Shown here: positions 29,257 through 38,665 of the stretch, one piece after another | How positions within the stretch are numbered: the stretch's first letter is position 1 | Layout of the letters: each line of letters begins with the position of its first letter | From: an uncultured bacterium | GTDB taxonomy: Bacteria; Myxococcota_A; Bradymonadia; UBA7976; VGTA01 | Assembly: GCA_943788935.1 (NCBI GenBank) | Contig: CALSSE010000001.1 | Location: 87,269 to 151,268 of the forward strand | DNA: 64,000 bases | Direction: 5' to 3' | The notes under the pieces: generated by a model | What the model was told of the DNA's origin: nothing | What the model saw: only the letters and a program-made list of their open reading frames with translations | Databases searched by the model: none | Made by a program: the position numbers and the translations under genes

Positions 29257-30048
29257 GTGAAGATGTTAGCTTACAACAGACTACTACAAGCATGTTGCAC
29301 AATCGCCCTCCTATTATTCGTGTCATGCGGTGAGGATGAGCAGTCCAACGCTATGAATGAGCACGCCGACTCAGAGTTGTTGACCGAGCTTTCATCAAAT
29401 GATCAAGAGTTAAACCTAAGTCAGCAGCTCCCCCTTGAATTTGAGTTATCTAACTCTGATAGATCAGAATATCGCTCTACATTGAATGGGATCTATCAGG
29501 AGTTAACCACCGATGAACAAGCTGTCGGCTCTTCGCCGGCTGCAGACCCCACTGAGAGCTGTGATCGATGTGGGAGGGAGACAGGCTTCTTGCCTGCGTT
29601 GGAGATCTCTATTGAGCAGTTTCTACATGTAGAGATGAAAGCATTGACCTTTGGCCTCGTCTCTTGGTCAATTGATCAAGATGAGCTCGCTAACGCGATT
29701 GAAGATATCCTCGGATCAGAATCACCTGAAACAATAGCGATGTCTTATCGTTTGACACTGGTGAGAGTCGATATGACTGAGATCAGTGAAGAGATGGCGA
29801 TGCTCGCCACCAATGGAGAGCTGCTCGCTAATGAGTCATCAGACGCGATCTCAGTCTCTAGGGTAGTCACAACAAGCGAAGAGATGGGGCTCACCTTAGA
29901 TCATGGCTTCTCTTATTTGCTCTTTGTCAATGCGACCGAAACTAGTACCAAGTTAAGCTCTTTAGCATCCGCTCCTGTACTCATACACTGCTTTGAAGGA
30001 GCGCATGATCAGGATAATGGCGGGTGTGTACAAATCACAAACCTTTGA
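29257..30048 (+). CDS. Hypothetical lipoprotein
   Basis: Lipobox LLFVSC, acidic body, additional Cys pairs. Confidence 0.6.
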   Translation: MKMLAYNRLLQACCTIALLLFVSCGEDEQSNAMNEHADSELLTELSSNDQELNLSQQLPLEFELSNSDRSEYRSTLNGIYQELTTDEQAVGSSPAADPTESCDRCGRETGFLPALEISIEQFLHVEMKALTFGLVSWSIDQDELANAIEDILGSESPETIAMSYRLTLVRVDMTEISEEMAMLATNGELLANESSDAISVSRVVTTSEEMGLTLDHGFSYLLFVNATETSTKLSSLASAPVLIHCFEGAHDQDNGGCVQITNL

Positions 30049-30200
30049 GGTCATGGAGAACTCTCCTCAAATCAGAGAGTCGGCGTGATTAAAACGAGAA
30101 TAGAGAAATACTGTTGACGAGCTCAATCTCACTCACTTAGCTTGCATTATACTTGGGGATGTGCGACCAAATATCTAAGGCAAATTGAGGTGAGGAGTCT

Positions 30201-32477
30201 ATGAGAAATCAGCAAGATCGAAAGATCAGCGTTCAGGTATTTGACCGTTATACAGAGCCCCATCTTCAAGGTGACAAACGAGAGAGTAAACGTGACCAAT
30301 GCTACGTTCTTCCTCAAGTGACGACCTCTGAGTTCAGCTATCGAGATGAGATCCCGACTCCCATTTCGCTCAGAGTGAAAGATCTGCTGGAGTCCAATAT
30401 CGGTGGGGCGGTGCTCTTCGCTGAGACGGATGGTCTCGAAGAAGCGCATGATGAGGTAAATCGTCAGCAGCCTGACCCTGTCGTAAAGGGAGGTCAGAAC
30501 GACTTCCTGCTTGATGAGACAGAAGAGATTAGTACTAGTGACATACTAGACTCTAGATTGTGGGAAGTCTGGGTACGTAGAGAGAATGAGGTCAGCCACT
30601 CTCAATCGAAACTTCATCCTACTCTATTGAGCCTCACTGCAGAGCCGTCCGAAAGATCTCAAAGAGTTAAACTTTGGAATCAAGTGCTCCCCCAATCAGT
30701 CGCGTTTAATAGTACCCCAGATAGGGCCGAGACCCAAGAGACACTAAGAGTCGATCCTTTTCTAGCTAATACGCTGAGTTTTGGTACTAAAGATACTCTA
30801 TTTGACATTGATGAAGACTTGGAGTCAGAGGTCCCCTCTGAGACAGAGGCCGACGAGACCAGCCAGATGTCTACATGTGGTTTCCAAGTGTTACAGTATA
30901 GAGTCATCCATCGTCCTCTCAAAATTACTAGACTCTCGAGTCTCGCGCATCAAGCTCGACCAAACCATGAAGAGCAGCATGATACCCGATCTACAAACCA
31001 GATCGTGAGGACGATAGATCATAAACATTTACAGGGCGTTTACGAATCGATCAAGCCACTGTTAAAGCTCGTTGAACAGCTTCATCTACGTGATCTGAGC
31101 CTAGGAGGGTTTGACCCTTCTCTCTTTGGCTATGACGAAGAGCTCACCGATACGGTTAAGCCTCTCTACCCTTTGCCCCTATACGATATGAGTAATGCAC
31201 AGCCCCCCATCAGCACATGTGGTGAAGAGTCTATGCTTCATACAGGGTTCTCACCGCCAGAGGTCTATGGGTATTTTGATGCTCGCCCAACAAAGCGTAG
31301 TGATGTATTTAGTGCTGGGATGGTCCTCTATTATGCTCTCACCGACTGTCCTCGATTCCCCGAGACGCGTCGTCCCTTCTTTAGACTCCCTTCTCCGTTT
31401 GTCTATCGTCAAGATTTAGCCCCAGAACTCGTCGCGGTGATTTATCGTGCGATATCACCCTGCCCCGATCGACGTCAGCAAAATCTTAGCGAGCTGATTA
31501 AAGATCTAGAGTGGGCTCTCAGCAGCAACTTAAAACGTCAGAAGAGACCTCAAGAGGGTCTCAGACTTGAAGCCGCTCATGAGATACATATTGGCCTACT
31601 AAAAGGACAATACAATCCCATCAATCAAGATGATCTCTTCTTAGGGTATCAAAATGAGATCGATCTCGGTCTGTTCGTTGTTACTGATGGAGTGAGTATT
31701 TGTGAGTATGGCTCCGGTGATCTCGCCAGTGGTTTTGTACGAGAGACCGCTGTAGAAAACTGGAGAGATCTCTGCCAATTACAGACCTTAACTGAAGACG
31801 AAGATACCCTCTCAGAGATTACATTAGGTATGATCGAGGGCGTCGCCGGTAATTATGGGAAATTTCTCACCCAATTGGTGAATGACTCGAATCGGCGTAT
31901 CGGAGAGTATGTTAATCAACAGCTCCCTGTGTTCCACGGACCACCAGAAGGTATTATGGCGGCTACGATTGTCGCAGCGGTGATCAATCAAGGTACCGCT
32001 ACTTTCACTTCGGTTGGCGACAGTCGTATTTACCTAGTCAGAGACGGCTATATAGTAAATCTTATGTACGATGAGGATTTATATACCCATCTTCTTCAGG
32101 CAAAACAGTCTCCTACGCAAGCTCAGCAGAGCCCATCTGCGAGCGCTCTTATTCATTGCGTCGGGGAGTTTACAAAGAATGAAGAACAGAAGTTAATCCC
32201 TTCTAGGATCTCTCCGCAACTAAAGGAACTTAAGCTACTACCTGGCGATCACCTGCTTCTGTGTTCAGATGGAATCCCTGATTATGCGGGGGTTAATGAA
32301 GAAGATGCAGAAGAGAAAATGAGAAAGTGTGTACAAGATTCGTACAATATTCATCATTCAGCCTTTGAGCTTATCTCTTTAGCTAATCGTGGCGGAGGAG
32401 GAGACAACTTATCGTGTATCGTATTGAAGTTTACGTCTGACTTCGATGAGGGTGATGAGAGAGAAGGTCAATCATGA
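30201..32477 (+). CDS. Pseudokinase-PP2C/PPM phosphatase fusion
   Basis: Kinase C-lobe motifs GFSPPE and SDVFSAGMVLY, with a degenerate catalytic loop. PP2C motifs NQDD, VTDGV, VGDSRIY, LLCSDG, GGGDN. Confidence 0.85.
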   Translation: MRNQQDRKISVQVFDRYTEPHLQGDKRESKRDQCYVLPQVTTSEFSYRDEIPTPISLRVKDLLESNIGGAVLFAETDGLEEAHDEVNRQQPDPVVKGGQNDFLLDETEEISTSDILDSRLWEVWVRRENEVSHSQSKLHPTLLSLTAEPSERSQRVKLWNQVLPQSVAFNSTPDRAETQETLRVDPFLANTLSFGTKDTLFDIDEDLESEVPSETEADETSQMSTCGFQVLQYRVIHRPLKITRLSSLAHQARPNHEEQHDTRSTNQIVRTIDHKHLQGVYESIKPLLKLVEQLHLRDLSLGGFDPSLFGYDEELTDTVKPLYPLPLYDMSNAQPPISTCGEESMLHTGFSPPEVYGYFDARPTKRSDVFSAGMVLYYALTDCPRFPETRRPFFRLPSPFVYRQDLAPELVAVIYRAISPCPDRRQQNLSELIKDLEWALSSNLKRQKRPQEGLRLEAAHEIHIGLLKGQYNPINQDDLFLGYQNEIDLGLFVVTDGVSICEYGSGDLASGFVRETAVENWRDLCQLQTLTEDEDTLSEITLGMIEGVAGNYGKFLTQLVNDSNRRIGEYVNQQLPVFHGPPEGIMAATIVAAVINQGTATFTSVGDSRIYLVRDGYIVNLMYDEDLYTHLLQAKQSPTQAQQSPSASALIHCVGEFTKNEEQKLIPSRISPQLKELKLLPGDHLLLCSDGIPDYAGVNEEDAEEKMRKCVQDSYNIHHSAFELISLANRGGGGDNLSCIVLKFTSDFDEGDEREGQS

Positions 32478-33964
32478 ACTCGGCGACAGATCACCTGAAA
32501 GTAAGCTCACTCTTTGGACTCTCTTATTCTGTACAACGGCAAAGCACTGAGCATCAGGGGACTTCGATCTCTGTGTTGATCTCTGCGGGGAGCGCAGAGG
32601 TTTTGAATATAGTAGAAGGCGATAGAGAGGATTGGGGGGTCCTCGTGACCCATGGTATTGAAACCGAGCATGTAAAGAATATTATTGAAGCGGTGGAGAT
32701 TTGCTCTGTTGATAATGTTAATCGGAGATTTATCACCACTGCAGGAGATGAACTCTTCACGGAGCGAATGTCAGTTGAGGAGAATAGAAAGTCTCTTAGA
32801 AGTAGACTCCCTATCCTCGCTCAAATCGTTGACTTACAGCAAAAGTTCATCAACGAGTCCAGTCTCACTCAAGAGTATGCACATCATCTCATGTCAGAGA
32901 AGACGACCGGATCTAATGACGCCGTCGCCGAAGATGGCCATTTGGAGACCGAGACTCGACCTTTCCAAGCGGATATGATCTCCAACACCGTGGACATTAA
33001 TCCGGATGATTTCTCGGATAAGGTGAAAGTGACTCACACAAAAGGTCATTTATTGATCATCGCTAGCGGTGCTTTTGAGTCGATAACCCCCAACCTTGTA
33101 CCCAAAGATCTTAAAAGTTTTGAGAGCATCACGATCTACTTCTGTGCTTCACATACTCTACAGCTCTCATGGCAGCGCTGGGCGAGCCAAGTGGGCGCAA
33201 CCTTATTCTGTGCTAAAGACTATCAGCCACACCTGCTCGCAGCTCGACTTCAGTGGGTGAGTCGCAGCGCTCCTCGACGAGCGATTCACCTCTCTACTGC
33301 CGATGGCTTTTCGATTTCAAGCGTGACTCACATCTCGCCGACTCCTAGCCCTGTACCGGTCGAATATAGAGGCCGAGAGCGAGCGGCTAGATCAGTGACA
33401 TTGTGGACTAATATCACCAATGGCCAAGATCGCTGGGTGACCGTGGTGTCTCTCCGTCGAATCAGCTCAAATACTACTCAACCGACCCTGTCGGTCGACC
33501 CTGGTGGGCAGCGTTTAATGACGTTATATATCGATGAACTCTCTGTTCCCATTATACTCTCTCAGCCACCGATGCCGACGACCGAGAACAAGAAAGCGGA
33601 GGCGAGGACAACCAGTGGGGCGTTCTCCGACCCTCTTAACGGCAAAAGGCTACCGAGGAGAGACTCACATATGATTGGAGTCGCCTTCTCCTTGCAGCTC
33701 ACTCACCGGGTGAGGCTCCTCGATAACTTGATGTTGACTATGCTCAGAGAGGAGACTCGGAAATCAGCGAAACTCTTAGATCAGCTGATTAAAATTACTA
33801 CTAATCTAGAAGGTTTAGAGAAGGTAGAGGGGCTGAAATCTTTGAAGGTTAAGCTGTTGGCTACTGGGTTACTAGAGCGTAGTGACCAAGAGTATATCGC
33901 AGCAATGATGACTCGGTCTACCCATAGGCTCTCCTTAAATGGCTCATGGCACAGCGTACCCTAG
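32474..33964 (+). CDS. Hypothetical protein, translationally coupled to the phosphatase gene
   Basis: 496-aa ORF with an ATGA overlap with the upstream stop. No recognised motif. Confidence 0.6.
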   Translation: MNSATDHLKVSSLFGLSYSVQRQSTEHQGTSISVLISAGSAEVLNIVEGDREDWGVLVTHGIETEHVKNIIEAVEICSVDNVNRRFITTAGDELFTERMSVEENRKSLRSRLPILAQIVDLQQKFINESSLTQEYAHHLMSEKTTGSNDAVAEDGHLETETRPFQADMISNTVDINPDDFSDKVKVTHTKGHLLIIASGAFESITPNLVPKDLKSFESITIYFCASHTLQLSWQRWASQVGATLFCAKDYQPHLLAARLQWVSRSAPRRAIHLSTADGFSISSVTHISPTPSPVPVEYRGRERAARSVTLWTNITNGQDRWVTVVSLRRISSNTTQPTLSVDPGGQRLMTLYIDELSVPIILSQPPMPTTENKKAEARTTSGAFSDPLNGKRLPRRDSHMIGVAFSLQLTHRVRLLDNLMLTMLREETRKSAKLLDQLIKITTNLEGLEKVEGLKSLKVKLLATGLLERSDQEYIAAMMTRSTHRLSLNGSWHSVP

Positions 33965-34026
33965 CCCCACTGTTAACCTTCCCTATCTCCTCTCCTTTGT
34001 ACTCGCAGAAAGATCACTAGGATACT

Positions 34027-35700
34027 ATGGATACTATTCACCATTCAGGGACTACTATGTTGGGTTTACGATTCTCGCGTTCATACATCAGTGAGCTCTC
34101 GACTCAAATAAAACTCAGTGTTGGGGTCGCTCTATGTTTGTCGTTGACTTTCGTAGAGATCTCTCAGATATCGGCGAGAGATCGTACTTGTGCATCGTTT
34201 AGCAAAGTGGAGGTCTCTTCTTGTTCCTATCGTCCTCTCTCTAGACTAGCGATTAAAGGGGTTAGAGTAGAAGTTCCTCTGCTCCTTTCACAAACGATGT
34301 GGTCAGCGTCATCTACTCCTCTCGGTGAGTCAGTGTTCACTGATCAAACATCAAATGATCAGATCGATTACGATCCGAGGAGGGCTTTTAACTTTCAGGC
34401 TCGTTTGGGGCTGAGTGTTGATACGCGAAAGCTCTACTACCCTTTCAGCTTCTCTGCTCATTATGAGCAAGATTTTATGAGTGGATTTTTCAGAGGAGGA
34501 GAGTCTGACGCTCAGGCGATCGCTCTACCTCTCCAACAAAATGCCTCTTATAATAAGATTCGTAAGGCCAACGCTCGACTCACTCTCGGCCCATTCCTCA
34601 CCATTCAAGGGGGACGGATGACAAGTCATTGGGGCTTGGGTCTCTTAGCCAACGATGGTGCGCACGGTTGGCGTCCAGAGAGCGCCTATTTTGGGGACCC
34701 TCGAGGAGGCGATCGGGTCAATAGACTGCAAGTCGCCACAGGTCCATGGACACGTCAAAAGATTTTGCTCTCCTTCGCTCTAGATCAAGTGGTTGAAGAC
34801 GATATTCTTCTCAATGAGGATGAAGCTAAACAAATGATCTTTGCAGCGATATATGGCTACAAGAAAAAGACTCAGATCGGTGCTTACGCGGTCAGCAGAA
34901 CACAAGATATACCTCAAGTGATCGATGGGGTTGATCGGCAAAAGCAGACTACAGTTCAAGTCTATGACATCTACGCCAAAACCCATTGGCCCATCGGAGA
35001 GCGTTATCGTCTTCATGCAGAACTTGAGGCGGTTTTTATCAATGGAGAGACCGATCTCGCGCCAAGTCCTGAGTTCATCAGTAGCGATGTAGTCCAATTA
35101 GCGATCGCCTCGAAATGGCAACTTAAGGGTCCGATGAGCGGAGGAGTTCTAGACGTCGTCTATGCGTCAGGTGATCAAAACTTTGATGATGGGGCTCAAA
35201 ATGCTTTCCGCGCTGACCCTAATTTTGAGATGGGCTTATTATTATTTCGACATATACTTACCGCCCAGTCAGGGAGGGCTCCCATCACGGCTAGCGACCC
35301 CAACTTGGTAGGTAGGCCAAACGAAGATCTAGATCGTTTCCCTACTCGAGGTAGCGTCACTAATACGATCGCTGTCTTCCCAAGAGGATGGGTGAGGCTC
35401 GGTGAAGGATTTGAGCTCTATGGTGGTCCGCTACTCGCTTGGGGCGATGTCCCTCTCGCTGATCCACGAAATAGTCGCTTTAATGGAGGGTACCCGGTGA
35501 ATCTCTTAGGAGGTCAAGGAGGCCGGTATCTCGGGACAGAGGTAGATCTCGGGCTCAGGTACCTACTGTATATGAACGGGGCGCAGCTTAACCTCGGTTT
35601 TGAAGGAGCAGCCTTTTATCCAGGCGATGCATTCGAGACGACTGGCGAGGCAATGCCGACGGTATATGGTGGACGCTTTATGGCCCAAGCTCGTTTCTAA
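34027..35700 (+). CDS. Outer-membrane beta-barrel protein (alginate-export-like)
   Basis: Signal peptide, amphipathic strands, GRMTSHWGLG motif, terminal Phe (QARF). Confidence 0.65.
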   Translation: MDTIHHSGTTMLGLRFSRSYISELSTQIKLSVGVALCLSLTFVEISQISARDRTCASFSKVEVSSCSYRPLSRLAIKGVRVEVPLLLSQTMWSASSTPLGESVFTDQTSNDQIDYDPRRAFNFQARLGLSVDTRKLYYPFSFSAHYEQDFMSGFFRGGESDAQAIALPLQQNASYNKIRKANARLTLGPFLTIQGGRMTSHWGLGLLANDGAHGWRPESAYFGDPRGGDRVNRLQVATGPWTRQKILLSFALDQVVEDDILLNEDEAKQMIFAAIYGYKKKTQIGAYAVSRTQDIPQVIDGVDRQKQTTVQVYDIYAKTHWPIGERYRLHAELEAVFINGETDLAPSPEFISSDVVQLAIASKWQLKGPMSGGVLDVVYASGDQNFDDGAQNAFRADPNFEMGLLLFRHILTAQSGRAPITASDPNLVGRPNEDLDRFPTRGSVTNTIAVFPRGWVRLGEGFELYGGPLLAWGDVPLADPRNSRFNGGYPVNLLGGQGGRYLGTEVDLGLRYLLYMNGAQLNLGFEGAAFYPGDAFETTGEAMPTVYGGRFMAQARF

Positions 35701-35807
35701 ACAGTATCCTCCTGTACCCCCTGCCTATTAAATGGTACAGAGCAAATAACATAAACTATCGACATCTTGTCGACATACAAAAGAGATCATGTTTAGGAGT
35801 GAGTGAC

Positions 35808-36999
35808 GTGGACACCAAAGAAATACTCAGCGCTTTGCAACCGATCATCGGACCCAATAACCAGAGCATTGTCGACCAAGAAATGGTCAGCGAGGTAGAG
35901 TTTAATAGCGGTGGACATCTCACTGACATTAAGTTTCCCCACTGGAGTGAGTCGTGACATCCGACATGCGGTTGAAGATGCCGTTTATGACACACTTGTT
36001 CAACTAGACGGAGTCGATGACGTAGAGATCGATGTGATGGTTCCCGATGTAGGTGCTAAGGCCGGCTCTACAGACCCTTCGGGATTGAGTACTTACGGTG
36101 CCGGTGGAGAGCGTGACAATGATAACTCAGGACCAAGCTCTACGCCTGAAAGCGCACCGACTCCTCCTAGAACCGCTGGGAGCGGTAGCGCTAATGTCAA
36201 ACACTTAGTCGCCATTGGGAGTGGAAAAGGTGGTGTAGGGAAATCTACCATCGCTGCCAACTTAGCGTTGAGCCTCGCCAAATCAGGGGCTAAAGTCGGA
36301 CTCTGTGATATTGACATGTATGGTCCATCAGCGCCCATTATCTTTGGGGTGAATGGCGCCAAGGTTAAAGCGGACGGTGAGCTCAAGCAATTTATCCCTG
36401 TAGAGGCTTATGGGATAAAGATCATGTCGATCGGTTTCTTGATTGATGAAGAGACCCCCGTCATTTGGAGAGGACCCATCGTTGGATCAATCGTTAAACA
36501 GTTTCTAGATGAGACTCATTGGGGAGAGCTAGATTATCTGATTATTGACCTCCCTCCTGGAACAGGAGATGCCCAGCTTACCCTCACTCAGTCGGCTACT
36601 ATCACCGGCGCGATCATGGTCACCACTCCTAGCGAGCTCGCTGTTGCCGATGCGATCAAGGGGATGCAGATGTTCCGTAAGGTGAACATTCCTATTCTCG
36701 GGGTTGTAGAGAACATGAGCTATTATGTCTGTAGTGAATGTGGACATGAGAGCAACCCTTTCAATCAGGGAGGCACAGAGAGGATGTGTGTTCACTTCGG
36801 TACTCAAGTACTTGTCAGGCTCCCTCTCGATGAGGCGACTCAGCGAGGTGGTGACGAAGGGAAACCGATCGTGGCGATTGCGCCTGACTCTTCGCTCTCA
36901 AAAAGTTTTGATGACTTAGCGCAGAGAGTGATTGAAAAACTTCCATATAAAGCGATTGAAAAACGGAGTGGTCTCTTGTCTTCTCTCTTTAAAAGTTAG
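35808..36999 (+). CDS. mrp: Mrp/ApbC Fe-S cluster carrier ATPase with N-terminal FeS_assembly_P (DUF59) domain; apparent +1 frameshift near 35910
   Basis: GSGKGGVGKST, DIDMYGPS, WRGP, DLPPGTGD, ENMS, CxxC. An AGGAG SD and GTG 35808 open a DUF59-like N-terminus in a different frame from the main ORF (35911). Confidence 0.9.
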
Positions 37000-37074
37000 A
37001 AGATAGACTCCCCTGTATAGGTGACCAGTCTCTACCTCGATGAGTTCACAGTAAGTCAGAGGAAAACATAGTTT

Positions 37075-38127
37075 ATGCTCTCTTCACTCAAAAGTAAGTC
37101 CCGTCATAAAAGATTCAGAGATTCTCTGTGTCTCGTTATACTCTCTACTGTTGCGCTTAGTCTCTCCATCTCTGTGTCAGCGAGCGCACAAGTACTCCTC
37201 AACCACTCAGATGGGCAATTCAGTCTAGAGAACCGAAGCGCCGCCGATCTCATCGATGTCACGAGAGGAATGAGGAGCATAGGTAAGCTCGCCTCAGGTG
37301 AGACATGGACTACCGAGGAACAAGTAGCGATTGACCTCGTCGGGAAGCCTCTTCCGCTGAACGTTGATGGTCATATCAAACTTGAACATTGGGGTGACGC
37401 TCTAAGTCAATTGCCGGGGAACCAGATCTGGGCCCGCATACAGCTACAGACAGCGGGTCTCGATGTAAACCGTGGTTTGACGATGGCTTCTTTGGTAGGC
37501 GCCAGGAGGTTGAGCGCCAATATCAGTTTACTCCGTCGAGCGACCGAAGAGATGGGAGAGGCGTGGATCACATCTGGTCCACTCACTCCGCTGAAGGCAG
37601 GGATCCTTGCTTTTGCCTCTCGATACACTCCAGTACCGGTACTACTGACTAAACTACTCAAACAAATTAAGCCTAATAATATCTCTCAGGATACCGCGAC
37701 GGTCGATCAAAGGGGTGCCAAGCGTTTTGAGATCGTAGATAAGCCTACGTGGCCCGAGGGATATGAAACACTACCTAGTCCTCGAAGTTCACTTAGACAA
37801 GCGATAGAGCATCATGGAGTAGAGGGACTGCGAGCGATTTTAAGCAGTAAAGAATGGTCTGTAGATCGTGGCTTCTCTGATATCCAACTCGCCTTCGCCC
37901 TCATCCCTGAGAATGAAGTGCTTGAAGCATTAAACGAGCGAGGTGACAGAAGAGAAGCTAAGTACTTCATCATTCGATTTAATGAGGAGAAGTCTCTCTC
38001 TGATGAGCTCGGACCTAAAGCTGCAGAGCAGATGATTCGAAAAATACTCAAAGCCAGAGAGCTAGGAGATAGTGGCGGCGCTATATCGCATGCTACTTCG
38101 ACAGCTTTTATTATGGCAGAGACATAA
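37075..38127 (+). CDS. Hypothetical secreted protein
   Basis: Signal peptide ending SASA-Q. The 3' end may be affected by a further +1 shift near 38072, giving an alternative C-terminus AALYRMLLRQLLLWQR that ends at TAG 38158. Confidence 0.55.
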   Translation: MLSSLKSKSRHKRFRDSLCLVILSTVALSLSISVSASAQVLLNHSDGQFSLENRSAADLIDVTRGMRSIGKLASGETWTTEEQVAIDLVGKPLPLNVDGHIKLEHWGDALSQLPGNQIWARIQLQTAGLDVNRGLTMASLVGARRLSANISLLRRATEEMGEAWITSGPLTPLKAGILAFASRYTPVPVLLTKLLKQIKPNNISQDTATVDQRGAKRFEIVDKPTWPEGYETLPSPRSSLRQAIEHHGVEGLRAILSSKEWSVDRGFSDIQLAFALIPENEVLEALNERGDRREAKYFIIRFNEEKSLSDELGPKAAEQMIRKILKARELGDSGGAISHATSTAFIMAET

Positions 38128-38159
38128 TATTAATCCCGATCCTAGTCAGGGTCGCTAGA

Positions 38160-38664
38160 GTGGTCTGTAGCTATATTGATATGGGCGCTCAGAGAGCGAT
38201 TAATGAGAAACAATTGATCGCCGCTCAAGCCTATCTCACCCTTGGTCAACGAGTCTGCTTTGGGCATCCATATTATCGGTCGAGAGCAGCGGAGTACATG
38301 AGAACGAGGGGAGATATCTCTTTCTTTGACCTTGATCTAGAAGGCGCGATCCATTGGTACAGAGCAGCGGTGATAATGAGTGATGAGCTGATCGATCGGG
38401 TTAGGCTCATCGACACCTTAGCGCCGGATCGCGATTATTGAGATTATCCAAGGTAACACGACACTCGCTAAAGAATATCTGAAAGAAGCTCGGCGACAAG
38501 AGACCCCGCAAGTTCCACCTCGTGAGATGCTTGTCATCGCTGATGATCTGATGCCTATACCTGACGAACGCGCTCGGATTGGGATGATCTTTCTCATAGT
38601 CCTCTTGGGGATTGGTGCTCTCTCCCAGATTCTTAAAGTTATATTTGGGCGAAAGAAGCGATAA
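38160..38664 (+). pseudogene. TPR-like protein with C-terminal TM helix, split by a +1 frameshift at about 38423
   Basis: Frame 38160 reads ...DRVRLIDTLA. The +1 frame continues RIAIIEIIQGNTTLAKEYLKEA...IGMIFLIVLLGIGALSQILKVIFGRKKR* to 38664. Confidence 0.65.
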
Positions 38665-38665
38665 G

